Assembly: GCA_039545335.1 (NCBI GenBank)
Contig: BCIN01000002.1
Span: 943,118 to 1,007,117, forward strand
DNA length: 64,000 nucleotides
Source: Kondoa subrosea
Taxonomy: Eukaryota
Direction of reading: 5' to 3'
The notes beneath the pieces are model-generated. The model was given only the letters and a program-made list of their open reading frames with translations. It was not told the origin of the DNA and searched no databases. The number at the start of each line of letters is the position of its first letter. Positions within the stretch are counted from its first letter, which is position 1. Positions 40,134-53,133 of this stretch are shown here, piece after piece. The position numbers and the translations under genes were made by a program.

Positions 40134-41463
40134 TTAGACTTTCTTAACATTCTTACTAATACTGTTTAGGAACTCCACTGCAGTCGTTTTGCTACCGCCG
40201 ACTTCCTTCCCCTCCGTTGAGAAAGGCTTAGGTTTGAGAGCCTCTAATGCTTTGCGAAGAGCCTCAAAAGCCTCGTTCACGCTCTTCTGAGAGACAGCAA
40301 TACTAACAAGGTCTTGCCTTCCATTGAGATGAAGCCAAAAGTTGTACTCTTGATTGTATGCTTCGAAGAGCTTCTTGAGGATATCGCGCTGGTGCGAATA
40401 CAAGCCGGACAAGTTATGAGTTTGACAGCGTCGCTTGATATCCTCGAACACTGTCACGTTGTGACCATATCTACCAAAGCGAATAGCTCGATCCAAAATG
40501 GCGCAGAAGACATGTACATCTTGATCGTTGTAAATGCCATTATGCAAATCATCTGCTTGCAAGAACTTCTTCACCACAGATTGACGACTGAGACAATTGT
40601 CGGGAGCTAAATTGAAATCGAAATGTGTGCAAGAGATCGAGTGATAGGCTGCTGGCCTTTCAGCATGTTTTGCAGGATGAAGCTTGGAATTGACACTCGA
40701 TATACAAGACAGCGGAGAAACAGAATCTAGTTGGTTCGATATGAGCTCAGTCATCAGCAAAGTAATGTACTTACGATCGACAGGTAGAGGACCGAGATGA
40801 CGCATAAAGTTGCGCTGATACTCGTGCAGGTTCTCGCCCAGCCGTTCACAGCTTGATAACCAGACATTTTCAAGACGTTCAGGGATCGAGGTATTACCAA
40901 TTCGGTTTGCGTAAATTCGGTTTGCGTACCATCTATGTTCGATGTACAGCTTCAAATCCGCTTGATAGGCTTCGGCGAAGAGTGCATATCTGACAACCCA
41001 GGTCTTGTCGCGATCCTCGATACTCCTCATCAGGTTCTTCATTTGTAGTCTTGTAAGTATCTGCCAATACTCTTCTTGAAGTTGAGCTATGAAAGGGATG
41101 AAAAATCCAGAATGGATCAAACCTTCTCGAATTGAAGAAAAGATGGAGCGAAGGAGTTTGCCCTCCTCAAATGTGAGTGGTTTGATGGTATCATCGTCCG
41201 AGGCAGCGATTCGGATTTGCTCAAGCTTTGCAATGACTTTCTCCAGATCGATAATCTCCTTGCAAGCATTCTCTTTATCTGCGATTCGGCTATGATCGAA
41301 CAGCTGTTTTATTCCAGTGCCAGGATTGTGGACGTGCGGAACAGTTAGACTAGCCTTGTCATGCGCCTTGCGATCAGCAAGAGGCGATGGACCATATGCT
41401 ATCGCTTTAAGCTTTAGATGTTTTTGAAGCATGAGACTACTCTTACTCACATATTGTCGACAT
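40134..41463 (-). CDS. Hypothetical helical protein (orphan-like), one short 5' intron
   Basis: ~430-codon open frame; ATG TCG ACA ATA T|gtgagt...gatag joins it in frame; no recognised motif. Confidence 0.6.
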
Positions 41464-41807
41464 TTCTCTTGATCCTGATGATGATTGCTAGAGAAGACTA
41501 AATAGAGCGATGTTTGAAACTCCGGTCTTCACAAAGGGTGCTATTCTTAGCGAGGTCATCCTTCTGGGCGACAAGACCAGTCAGAGATATGAGGCCGGAC
41601 ACCAAATGCTACGCGTGCATGCAGCAATCAAACCATTTACACAGGGGCCTCGCGGCAAAGCTCGCCAAAAGCAGTAGACATAAGACTACGATAGAGGAGA
41701 GGCACAGCAGCCATGGTTGTGGTAGAAGAGTGCACGAAGTCGAGCTCCTATCAGAGGATACTGGGCACTCTCTTTGCCAATGCGAGATTTCTCATTTCGC
41801 AACAAGC

Positions 41808-43160
41808 ATGTTTGGCCAAATCGTGATAGGACCGCCAGGCGCTGGTATGCTCCGTCCGAGCCACTGGTATCACGCAGTCCTGATATTCTCTCCTGCACAG
41901 GAAAATCCACCTATTGTGCTGGTTTACAACAAGTTGCGATATATCTTCACCTCGCTGGTCTAGGGCTTTCGTGGCTAATTAGCAAGTACAGTAGTTCTTC
42001 GCTGCTCTAGGTCGACCAGTAGCTATCGTCAACTTAGATCCAGCTTGCCCGAATCAGCCTTACAAAGCAGACATCACTATCGCTTCGTTGATAACTTTGG
42101 AAGATGTAATGAATGAACTGAGTCTGGGTCCGAATGGTGGAATGCTTTATTGCTTGGAATATTTGGAAGAAAACTTTGATTGGCTTGAGAAGGAGTTGGG
42201 CAAGCTGAAAGTCGATTATGTGGTCTTTGATCTGCCTGGCCAGGTCGAATTGAGCACGGATCATATGGTAAGTCATCTTTCGCACAATGTAATCACTCAC
42301 GAATCGGTAAGAGTAGAGTCTACGGCGGGTAGTCGAACGATTAGAGAAACTCAACTTCCGAGTGAGCCTATTCACTTAAGATTTGGAGTATGTATGCTAA
42401 TATGGGAGTCGTAGCTAGCAGCAGTTCATCTCACAGACGCACATCACATAACGGACGCTTCGAAATTCGTATCCGTCCTACTTCTCGCACTTCGGACAAT
42501 GCTACAACTTCAGCTTCCTCATGTGAATGTATTGTCTAAAGTCGACCTATTATCACAATACGGAGATCTTCGTTTGTTATTCATCTCATCTTGCTCCATT
42601 GTCGGCTCACTTTGATTTAGCCTTCAACCTGGAATTCTATACTGAAGTTCAAGACTTATCTTTCCTCGATACTCTGCTAGAACAAGAGAGCACACCACGG
42701 TCGAGACGGTTTGCTCAACTGAATAAAGCAATCTGTGAACTCGTAGAAGATTTTGGTTTAGTAGGATTCGAAACTCTTTGTGTAGAAGTAAGCCCCATCG
42801 TCTCATGTCAATGCGAGTGCTAAACATTCAGGGAGTAGGATAAAGTCTCGATGGCTGCGCTGGTGAAAGCGGTGGACCGAGCTTTGGGTTATGTTCCACC
42901 TCATCAAGAAGAAGAAGACTCTTCAAATGCACCAAAACGGAAAGAATTCGATCCTTCTCAATTAGTACGGTCTGTAGATCCACGGAATCTAGGTAGTGGG
43001 TTCTTGCAAGAAAGGTACTTGTCACAAGATCTCCTTTGTTGATTACTAGCCGATTATATCGTTTCACAGGTGGATTGATCAAAAGGAAGAATACGATGAA
43101 GCTGAACGTGAAGGATGGGCTGAAGAAGGCAAATTGATCAAAGAGCGGACGAAGAAGTGA
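41808..43160 (+). CDS. GPN2: GPN-loop GTPase 2
   Basis: FGQIVIGPPGAGKSTYC, VNLDPA, LGPNGG, FDLPGQVEL, LPHVNVLSKVD, FNLEFYTEVQDL. Confidence 0.9.
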
Positions 43161-43196
43161 TATCTCTCTTTGTCTTGTAAACTGCCAAACATAATT

Positions 43197-44039
43197 ATGT
43201 CCAATACTATACCACCATCAATAAACAATGCTGGACCTGTTGCTACATCACCAGCAATCCAAAAGATCCATAATCCAGCAGATGACGACCGATTTTTCCT
43301 CAGTAAATTGAAGCTCTTGCACAACTGTTTGGACTCGTTCTGAGCCTCCCTACTCCTGATTAGTGCGACATTTAGCTTCTCAAGGCGTCCAGCTCTTCTC
43401 TATCGTAACTCCTGTAGTGCTGCTAGGTCAATTCCCTTCTTCTTTCCTTACAAACATATGTGCTCAAGATCTTGTTCAGGTCGAGCAGCATACACACGCT
43501 CTTTCTCTCTGAATCGTTTCTTACGGAATAACGCTATCGGTCAGTATTCATACTTGTCATGCTATATCAAAGCTGAGCAAGGTATGTGTATGACAGGCAC
43601 TTTCGGTGTTGGAGCTACGACGGGAGGTGGATTAGCTTATGCTCGAAGTGCAGGGTTCAACGATTTCGAACTGCATGATCGAGTGAATGCGATACGGCGG
43701 GATATCCAAACCGTAAAAGCGAATGATTACTCTAGTAAGAAGCGCTGGGCGTCCTCATCTATCTTTTGATTGATGAATGCTCCCGCGTTTCTTACAGTTG
43801 TCGGTGGGATACTCGGAACACTGCTCACTACTTCGATACTGCTTCGAAGAGTCAGTTTGGTATCTTCTCTGCTTGGAGGCGCTGCTCTTGGACAAGCGGG
43901 TGGGATCATGACACATTACTACAGGAACAATGCAACAGTGCGGACGGAAGCGGACAAGCTGAAAGCACTAGTCCCAGAATTGCAGAATGCTTCGCATGAT
44001 CTGGCAGAAAAGGCGAAACGAAATCTAGGAGGGAAATAA
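43197..44039 (+). CDS. Small hypothetical membrane protein
   Basis: Spliceable exons with Gly-rich hydrophobic segments (VVGGILGTLLTTSILL, LLGGAALGQAGGIMTHY). Confidence 0.6.
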
Positions 44040-44106
44040 AGGCAGATTATGATTAATAGAATAATGTCATATTACATGTGTATACAATACAAGAGTTGCA
44101 CACACT

Positions 44107-46960
44107 TCACTTCAAGAAAGTCATACTTCTTTCACCTGAAGTAACATTCGCATTATCCCTCGGACGCATGAAAGGAGCAGTACTGCCAGTAGAAGGCTTT
44201 CCTTCCTTCTTGATCTTCTGCTTCTTCTCTTTCTTCACTATCGGTGCGCTTGGAGCAGGTTGATCCAAAATCGGTACTTCTTTCGAATAATCATACGGAG
44301 CCAATTTCACTTTCTCTTCTACATTATTCGCTTCAGTAGCCTTCTTAGATTTCTTCTTCTTTTTCTTGGGCGTTTCTCCTTCTTCTACAGACCCGTCTTT
44401 GTGAGCCCGCTTCAGTTTCTTCCTTTCGTTTTTAGACAATTTGGATAAAGTGATGACTTCGTTATCATCCTGTCGAGCTGTAGGAGGCTGCCTTGATTCA
44501 TCTTCTGATGTATCCATTGCCGCTGCACTTGTAGAGGCTATTGGTTGAGCTGAAGTAGCTACTATTGGCGTATTACTGGTGGTTCTTTGTGCAGCTGGAA
44601 CGAAGAGATGATCAGTTGAAGGCTCTTGGGGTCGAGTTAGAGTCGGTGCTGGTGTTGAATTGGCAGTCTGTAACGTTACAAATTCGACGTTAGCTTTTGG
44701 CAAGCTGATAGAGCAGTAACCTCACCATGGCGAATGACAAAGCCAACGAAAGAGAGGAATGAACAGCTTTCAGTACTTCCTGAAAGTGCGAATCCAGAGC
44801 TTGTTTGGCTTCATCCGTCGTACTGAATAGAGCACTAGTAGAAGCTTGTATATTCTTGGCATTACTTCTTGAAGGAAGGTTCGTGCTATCGCCAAACATG
44901 CTCGAACTGCTTGCTGCAGCTTTGCCGTGATCTATACAGCAAATCAGAAGGCTCAGAACACATATAGTTCAAGCCTGATAGTTGCCGCACCTTGTTCCCA
45001 TAAGCCAGTAGGTACAATGGGAGCACTCTTGACCACAGGAACAGGTGTTTGCACTTCTTCCATCTCGACATCCTTCGCTGAACCAAGAACCACATCCGGC
45101 AGTTCGTCCCATTCTTCCACTGCCTCTTTGATTACTTTCGCTAACGCACTCTTCCTCCTCACTACAGCATTTGAAGCTGGACTAACGCAACTCAACACTT
45201 CTCCCGTCGTTGTTGGTCTTTTTTCAGCCAATTTGAAAAGAGTATGATGAGGCATAATAAATCTTGGTGATTCATCTTCTTCTCTTGCAATTTGATCCCT
45301 CCAATCATGTAAAGCTCTGAAAACATGAAATTCTAAATCACCTTTATTGTTTTCTGGTAAAGTGTAGGGATGTGGGTAAGGCGGAACAGCATATTGATTG
45401 CCTTTACCCCATTTTTGAATCAAGGAACGCCATCCAATAGTACTTGAACCAGTCAATGGATCGTAAACGAGAGAGGAATAAGCTTGTGATGCAGTTTTCG
45501 CGGATTTGGAGAAAACGGTTTCGACCGCTGATTGAGCCGAATCCAATGTAGAAGGTGGGAGATTATGCAGAGAGGCGAGCATAGTGTAGTAGACGAAGAG
45601 AAGGTAATGAGTATCCGAGCGTGCGTAATGAAGCATTTCAGATGGGATGGGTCGAATTCGCCAATCTGCCATTTGATACCTCTTGTCTGCTTCGAAAGCA
45701 CAGTATCGCTCCAACAGTGATGCAAGCGAATGTTGAGGGAAACCTGTGGTTTGTGAAGTTCCAAACTATGAGCTAAAGCTCAAAGCTGGATCTCTTCCGC
45801 CCACCTAATGCTTTAGAGGCTTGATAAGTATCGAATAAACCAACGACATAAACACCGCAATCCCTCTGTAACCAAATAATATCCCTTTCAGCACCATGAA
45901 ACACTTTAACGATTTTCGGATCGGTAAACGTTTCATTCAATTTATGCAATTCATTCCGAACCGATGGTTCCAAAGCATCCACAACGAAATCTTTCCCTGC
46001 TATTGATATTTGGATCAAACAGACTAATCCAGTGTAAGTTCGGAAATCATGATGTTCCAGATCTACTGCGATGGCTTTTGCTGTTCGGAGATCTTCCAAC
46101 ATCGAATGCAATTTCGGTAAAGAGTCCACAAAGACAAAAGGAGTAGTTTCGAACGAATCTTTCTTGTGAGCTTCTGGAATTTCAGGTCGTTTAGCCAAAA
46201 CTTCTGCTGCTAAGTTGTCGAGGATCAGGGAAAGTTCGTGAGCGTAAGGATTAGGTATTGTTGCTGGTGCGTTCTCATCTGCTGCATTTGCTACTGGAGT
46301 AAGATCCAACGGTATAAGAGCGTTCGGTTTTGTTGGAAGTAGAGGAACCCAAGTCTTGTCCCTTGTATTGTCTATTGGTGTTAAGAAGAGCAGTTGAGGT
46401 TTATCCAGGTTGCTTGCATTGAGTATCGAAGCTGGCAATTTGCCTCGAGCCAAAACCTGTAAAATTCGGATGATTGCTTAGCTGAATGCAGCTCAGCGAA
46501 CCCTCGAACGCACTGGAGTAGGAGGAGTAGGTCTATTCTTCGCATTCTCCGCAACTGCAGAAGTACTGGCCTTACCAACAACTTTCCTCTTCAACCCTTT
46601 CATTTCATCAAAACAGCTATCGGCATGTTCAAACAAGAAATCGACCACATCAACCACTTGACTAGTGAAATCGTCATCATTCACATCATCCACGCTACTC
46701 AATTTCGTAGCAGGTCTTTTCTTTTTCCTCGAGCCATTTGTCGAAGCATATTTCTCTGATTGAGCTTGTCTAACTAAATCCAACAAGTGATTCGTCATTC
46801 CCAACAAGGTCTCAGCAGTAGAATCCAGATCTTTTGCGAAAGGACGCGAGAGGGATCTATTGAAACCAATATCTTCTGGTGCGGGCAAGTCATTTGCTAA
46901 GACTGTTGCTGCTACTAGAGCTGAGCGCATGGTGGATTGATACTCCTCAAAGCATGACAT
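44107..46960 (-). CDS. RRP6: Nuclear exosome exonuclease RRP6
   Basis: PMC2NT-like N-terminus; IAVDLEHHDFRTY, VFHGAERDIIWLQRD, ADWRIRP, YARSDTHYLL; HRDC WRDQIAREEDESPRF; Lys-rich tail. Confidence 0.95.
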
Positions 46961-47145
46961 GACGGGTATAGTCCAGACCACCAAGCGAGGTATATAATGA
47001 GCGTTGGCTGCTCGAGGTCAAGAACTAGATTTTCAAAAAAGAACCGTCGAATGGAAGTCGAGCTGTCGAGAAGCGGTTGGAAAGCGCTGGGGACAGACGA
47101 AGACTCAAAAGGATGACGATCCTAGACTTCATTGATTGATCAAGA

Positions 47146-48520
47146 TTGCAAGACTACACTACAATTCTCCCTTATTCAACAGAACCCTGTAGAAACGCAA
47201 AGGAAAAGCATATCAGTATCAATATCCTATACGAAGAAAAGATTAAGCAAGAGAGGAAGGAGTCAGGGTTAAAAAGCTCTATAATTTTGATTCCGCATTC
47301 CCCTGTAAAGAGGTTGGATGAAGAAATTCAAGTTGTAAAGATTTTATCATCATTCAAAAGAAGACCATCGGTGCGCGTTGCAGCAGGGAAGGTAAAGAAG
47401 GAGAAGTCTTTCGAGGAGTTTTGTATATAAAGGGACAGAAATGACTTCCCTCTTCGTACTTCCAACCATGATGCTCTTCAACACCAAGGATCTTCCTTCC
47501 AAAAAATTGTGGTAACCGAGATGAGCGAGAGTAAGCCCCATTGAGTTGCTTGATTGAATTCCGAAGAAAACATAAAAAGCGACCGCATAACTATTTTCTA
47601 TGACGAACTGGTTTTGCAACAAACGGCCAAAGACAGCACGAATTACGGATCGTTCCTTTGACTTCTCCAATGCGACTTTCATAATATGTCCAATATTCGC
47701 GAAGAAAAGAAAAGGACCTTGACAAGATGTCGAACATTCTGCACAGTCGAGGACAAGATAGCCAAAGCGCTCATATCGTTGCACATAGCCACTACGATAC
47801 CAAGACAGCAAGGATGTTGACAGAAGGTTTCTAGATTTCTTTTCCTTGACTTTCCTTGACCCAGAAGCAAGACATTGTTCCTCGAAAAACCGACAAGCTT
47901 GACTACTAATCCTTTGCAGTTTCGTGATCAATTTGTCGACATTCCAAAAGGAGAACATCTTCCTTCCAGAGAAAAGCCAAAATCGGATGAAGGACCCGAA
48001 AGAAGCATTGTTTGGCGAGTAAGAAGTAGTACATAGACCCAAGTGCTCGGCATCTCGTTTGACAAATAATTGAATCAACGCAGACCAACATTCACTCGTC
48101 GTCGAGCTGAACCAATTGAGCGATTTATAAGAAAATGTCGTGAAACATTTCCCAATATCGAGCAAAGTTGATTCGAAAGCAACAACGATTTCTCCAAGAG
48201 AAGCGACCCAAGTCTTGGACAGAATGCCTACAATCGAACACTCCAATATAGCCATGTAGAGCCATCAACTCGCTCTATGTTCATCGGATTAAGGATGACC
48301 GCTTTCCGGCTTGCAGAGTTTTGACCACAAGTGCAAAGAGCAGGAGGTTCTCAGCATTTAGTCGCGACAAGAGGTCGGAGTAAATGCCAGTATAGTAGAA
48401 CGAAGATCACGGTAGAGGTTTGTCCGGGGACTTGCCCAACAGCTGAAAAATGAGTTCTTCAAAGAAGAGGCGCTGTGTGTTTTGCTGCTATGACTGCGGT
48501 CCTTCGCCTGTGACATAAAT
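47146..48520 (+). pseudogene. Possible decayed gene (one coding-like frame broken by about a dozen stops); a 301-aa antisense ORF lies in the same register
   Basis: The frame of ORF 47146-47430 continues protein-like through scattered TAA/TGA/TAG codons. The minus ORF 47350-48255 is in register and has no recognisable motif. Confidence 0.3.
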
Positions 48521-48691
48521 GTTAGTAAGCAGCTCCAAGAGAGCATAATGCTAGCAAAAACTCACTCATCTCGGTTTGGAGAAAAGAGCAGAAGCAATTT
48601 TTTTCGAAGATAAGACCTTCGAGTCGGTCAGCCGGATAACGCTGATACCCATTTAGGACGATATCCAACCCTTTTGAAAATACTACGAAGC

Positions 48692-50207
48692 ATGCCCTTA
48701 CCTAAGAAAACGAAGAAGAGCAAAGTTCCTGCAGAGCCAACAAATTATGACGAGGCTTTAGAAGGTGAGCTCTGCGGCTTGTACAGCTGCGGAAGTCTGA
48801 TGAGGTGTAACAGCTGCTCTGAAGCAAGAAGAGCAAGGCGAGAGATACGTTGCAGGGGAGAAAGTAAGCTCACCCATGCATTCAGCTCCATAGATCTGAC
48901 TTGCTCTGTAGGCAGAACGACACTATGCAGCAGCTCTAGAACTCTATCGACTTGCGATTTCCTTTGATGCAAGTCAGTCAGACGCGTTCTACAATGCAGC
49001 TCGAGTGTTGCAAACACTGGCAACCCAATTCTACGATATACCTTCTTCCAAACCAGCTCTAGAAGAAGGTATACGTCTATATCAGACTGCTCAGACTCTT
49101 GATCCTTCTTCTATTGATATAGCGTACAATATCGCTTGCGCATTGGTGGAATTAGGCGAATGGTCACACGAAACAGCTGAGAAAGCTCAATTGTGGATAC
49201 AAGCTCGCACGATCTTTGAGGATGTGATCTCGCGGCAGCTCGAAGCTCTAGCTTCCTCATCTGCTGAAATTGCTACCGAATCTGAAGAAGACCAACAAGT
49301 GGAGACGGAAACAACAGACGAGGATATGCAGCAAGAATCGGAAGAAGTTACTACAGTAGTCACAGAACCTATCACGCCGAGCGATGCAATCGAGTCGATA
49401 TTGTCCCTGGTAGAATTGCTTTCAAACATGCAATCCCTTGATCCTGCTTCATCTCTTTCTTCCCCTATCTCGTCCGCGTTGACTCAAGCTCGATCATTCG
49501 TGACCGATGAGAATGCTCAAGACGCTTTAGCTATCAGCAAAACAGAACTTCAAACCACTTTAGCATCAATCGAACAAACCCTTTCCCTAACCGCTTTACC
49601 TTCCCTCGTTTCATCCTACACTTCTCTTCAAGCAGCACATCCAAACAATATGGACCTCCTCTCTTCTTACGCAGACGCACTCTCAACTTCAGCTCAACTC
49701 CTCTTCTCCTCAAACCCAACAGAATCGATTCATTTAGCTACTACAGCTCTGAAACATTATGAAACTTTAATCACTTCGCTATCTTCTTCTATATCTCGAC
49801 ATGGGTTTCCACCACATTTAGTTGAACCTACTTTATCTACAGCTTACGCTCAATGTGCGCTTTTGCATTTACTACTTGATCAAAAAGAACAAGCACATCA
49901 AGCTAGTTTATTGAGTTTGATTAATACTGGGACGGGCTTGATTTGGGTTGAAGGTAAATTTGGAAAGAGCACAAATGGGAGGAAAGATAGAGCTGCTAGA
50001 GAAGCTTTGGAATTCGGTTCAATCGTGTTCTTGAGGACGAGCAGATTTGCAGGAAAAGATGAAGCGGAAGCCCAAGGATTGTTGAGGAAGTTGAATGTTA
50101 GTAGTAAAGTTGTGAAAGAGATTGTGGAGGAAGAGTTTAGGGACGACGCGGTTTGGACTGAAGAGGAAGGAAGGTATTGGGAAGAAGTCGTCAAATCGCT
50201 TGGCTAA
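48692..50207 (+). CDS. TPR-like helical repeat hypothetical protein
   Basis: MPLPKKTKKSK...NYDEALE; TPR-like segments (LYQTAQTLDPSSIDIAYNIACALVELG); 400-aa last exon. Confidence 0.7.
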
Positions 50208-50267
50208 GCAGAATCGCCCGCATATCGAATACATGCCATCACAAACGAACCATGAATGTTACAAGAT

Positions 50268-51432
50268 TCAACCCAATCGATTGCCAGTTCCAGGCCAGCG
50301 ATGTCCAGTGATTCCACTACTACTTCCAGATCCAGTAGTAGCAGTACTAGTATTACCGTTCCGGTTTGGTATCGCATTGTTCCGATTTGGTGCGAAAGCC
50401 GTCACTCCACCTAATTTGATTCCTCCTTGCGCTACTCCTGCATTTGGGTTCATCAAACGTTTCATGAAAGATGGAGGTTGAGCAAAAGGATGGTTCTGTC
50501 GTGATAAGAGGAGAGTATGAACAATGTGTGCCGAGATGAGACCAGTTGCGGATTGCATGAGCTATCAGGATCAAATTCAGTCAATGTACGATATAGAGAA
50601 TGCAAGGGAAAAAAGCGAACATATGGTACTCCTCCTTGTGCCTAGTTCGATAAGATCAGCTATCACACGATGAAGGCTTTTTGAAGGAGAGACTCACTCC
50701 GTCCATGATTAGCAAAAGCCAAGGGAAGTATTGAGCTGGAATGGTAATCATGCCGAAGAGAGATACTCTTTACATGCAATCAGAATTGATCAGAAAGCAT
50801 ATATATATATATTTGTACTGACTGGCCGCCAGGATTCATCCTTGAATTGAGATAGACGATTGAAAGAAGCATAGGCCGGAAGAAGACCATAGCTCGAAGA
50901 GGATACGATAAAGCCTGAGTTGAATCAGCTTGGCCAAAGACAGAGAGACAGTGCGCGTACCGATATTCCTAAGTTGATGAGGATCAATGCCCAAGCATAA
51001 CTGGAAGCGAATGAGCATAGTCTCGTTGTAAGAACGGACACGGCTTACCTTGCTGGTGTTGTCCCAAAGTGATTCTGTTCTATCGCTAGGGAATCGCGAT
51101 AAAGCATGAAGAGACTACAAGGAAATGATAGGTAAGCTCGTCAAAGACTTGTTGTATGGGTCCGACGCACTCGAAGACCAAAGGCAATCCGCTTGAGCCA
51201 AAGAAGAACGGAGCTGTTTCGAGGACTTTAGCTGAACACTCGATCACAGAACGAAGTGCTACAGACTGATGAGTCTCCATACTTGGAACCCCTTTGTGAT
51301 AGCAGGAATGGAGAAGAAGAAAGGATAAGGAGAGATGAGCTTGAGCATGGGTGGTACAGTAACTGCTAATGTTGCACCGCAGAGTGAGGCAGTCACTGGA
51401 ATCTTCTTGAGTTCTCTGAGTGCCTCGTCCAT
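50268..51432 (-). CDS. Derlin (Der1/Dfm1-like ERAD rhomboid pseudoprotease) with C-terminal SHP box
   Basis: LKKIPVTASL N-terminus, multiple TMs, GLISAH, C-terminal HRWPGTGNRLG*. Confidence 0.85.
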
Positions 51433-51887
51433 GTCGAGATCCTTAATAGGCTATGCGGATGTGGCTCGAAGCAAGCGGTACAGATCAAACTACATTTCGA
51501 ACCGGTTGACACGAAACAGTGATGTGGCAGGATCAGACTGCACAGAACTGCTGAGACTTGCAGACCTGGGCTCTACCTACACACCTGTGTGAACAAGCGA
51601 TGTCCTCAGTAAAAAACGAATGGTGCAAACAAGCGACATCTGCATCTTCTCGCAACCTGTATTGAACATTACCGTCTCTTTGGCTTCAGGCCTCGACCTC
51701 TGCTTCTTGAGACTGCGCCTGCTCACATTAGTCTGCGTCTCGGTGACTCTGCTTCTGTCCTGATTCCAAATTTGGGGCTAGTTCGGTGATCGGTCTCGAC
51801 ACATCTTTGGTTTTATGTTCTTCCGTTCTAGCTTCTCATTGCGTGCTCCTTCCTCTTTCTTATCACTTCTGTGCATTTGCTATCATC

Positions 51888-52882
51888 ATGACTGAGAAAC
51901 GGGCAGAAGCTTACAATGACTCTTCACCTTCCGCTGCAGCCAGAGTTGCTGAAGTACTCCAACAATGCTTCTCAAATGATCCGCCTCATCGTTATATGCT
52001 ATCAAGCAGTGTTGAAGGCGATTTCTCCCATAACTTCAGCTCAGATAAGAATGTCAAGCGATTCTACAAGACTATGACACGTGCTGCAAGTATGAACGAT
52101 GCTGAATTCTGGACAACAGGTGATTGGGAATGTGCTGCAGTATGGTACGTCCTGCTTTGACCTTACTTTCTGTTGTACTTGCAGCTAATGGTTGCGAGCA
52201 GGATGAAACCTGGCAAGAAGATTGATGGACCTTGGACAGCTTTCCGAGCTGGTTTTATACCTCTTGCCTGTCGACTAGGATGGACTGCAACGAAGAATAC
52301 TGCTTTTAGCTATTCTCCCAAAATTCAAGCTTGTCAAAAACGACATGAACCTGATGGATTGAAATGCTTTTACCTTTTATGGCTTGCTGTTTTGCCTGAA
52401 CATCAAGGTAAAGGTATGTATATCTCCGATAGACATTCTTCACACTCCCTCACAGCGACTTACGTCGATTTGTTTTGCTTAAGGGTTGACAAGTGCTTTG
52501 TTTCGTCCGTTTCTGGAACGAGCGGATAGAGAACAAGTTGGATTGTGGCTTGAGACCGGTACGATCAAGGCTAGAAGTATCTATCAGTGAGTAATCTTCT
52601 CGGGCGCGTTTCACAGCGCTAAGAGAATCGGTGAGCAGACATCTGGGATTTGAGGTCAAAGAGGAGGTACGGCATGCTTTGTTCCTGTACTGTCGAAGGT
52701 TCAGCTCAAAGAAAGTGTTCAGATCAGAATTGGAAAGGGAAAAGTAGACGAAGAGGGACGGTAAGCTGTATTCCTTGAAGTGAATGGAGCGATACTGATT
52801 CTCAGTCGATAGACCATTGAAAGGAGGACCTGGAATACGTTCTTGGGGAATGCTCAGACTTCCCAAAAGAATCAAGAATTGA
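51888..52882 (+). CDS. GNAT-family N-acetyltransferase
   Basis: FSNDPPHRY, ECAAVW, FYLLWLAVLPEHQGKG, LWLET...ARSIY..LGF. Confidence 0.85.
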
Positions 52883-53133
52883 CAGCCTGTAGAAAGAAGC
52901 GGAACTTTGGTTTGCTCAAGGACAATCTTCTGCCAATGTGCATAGCTTAAACGATTGTATGAATACTATTTATTTGTAAATCTGCTGTTCCTGGTGATAA
53001 TGATAACAGCTTCCGCCAGATCATTACGCGCAAGCATATGAAATTCTTCAGACTTCTAATCTACCACCGCTGATAACGTGCCTTCAGGCTCTTTTCCTGT
53101 CAACGAAACATTCTCCTATCTCGCACACGAAGC

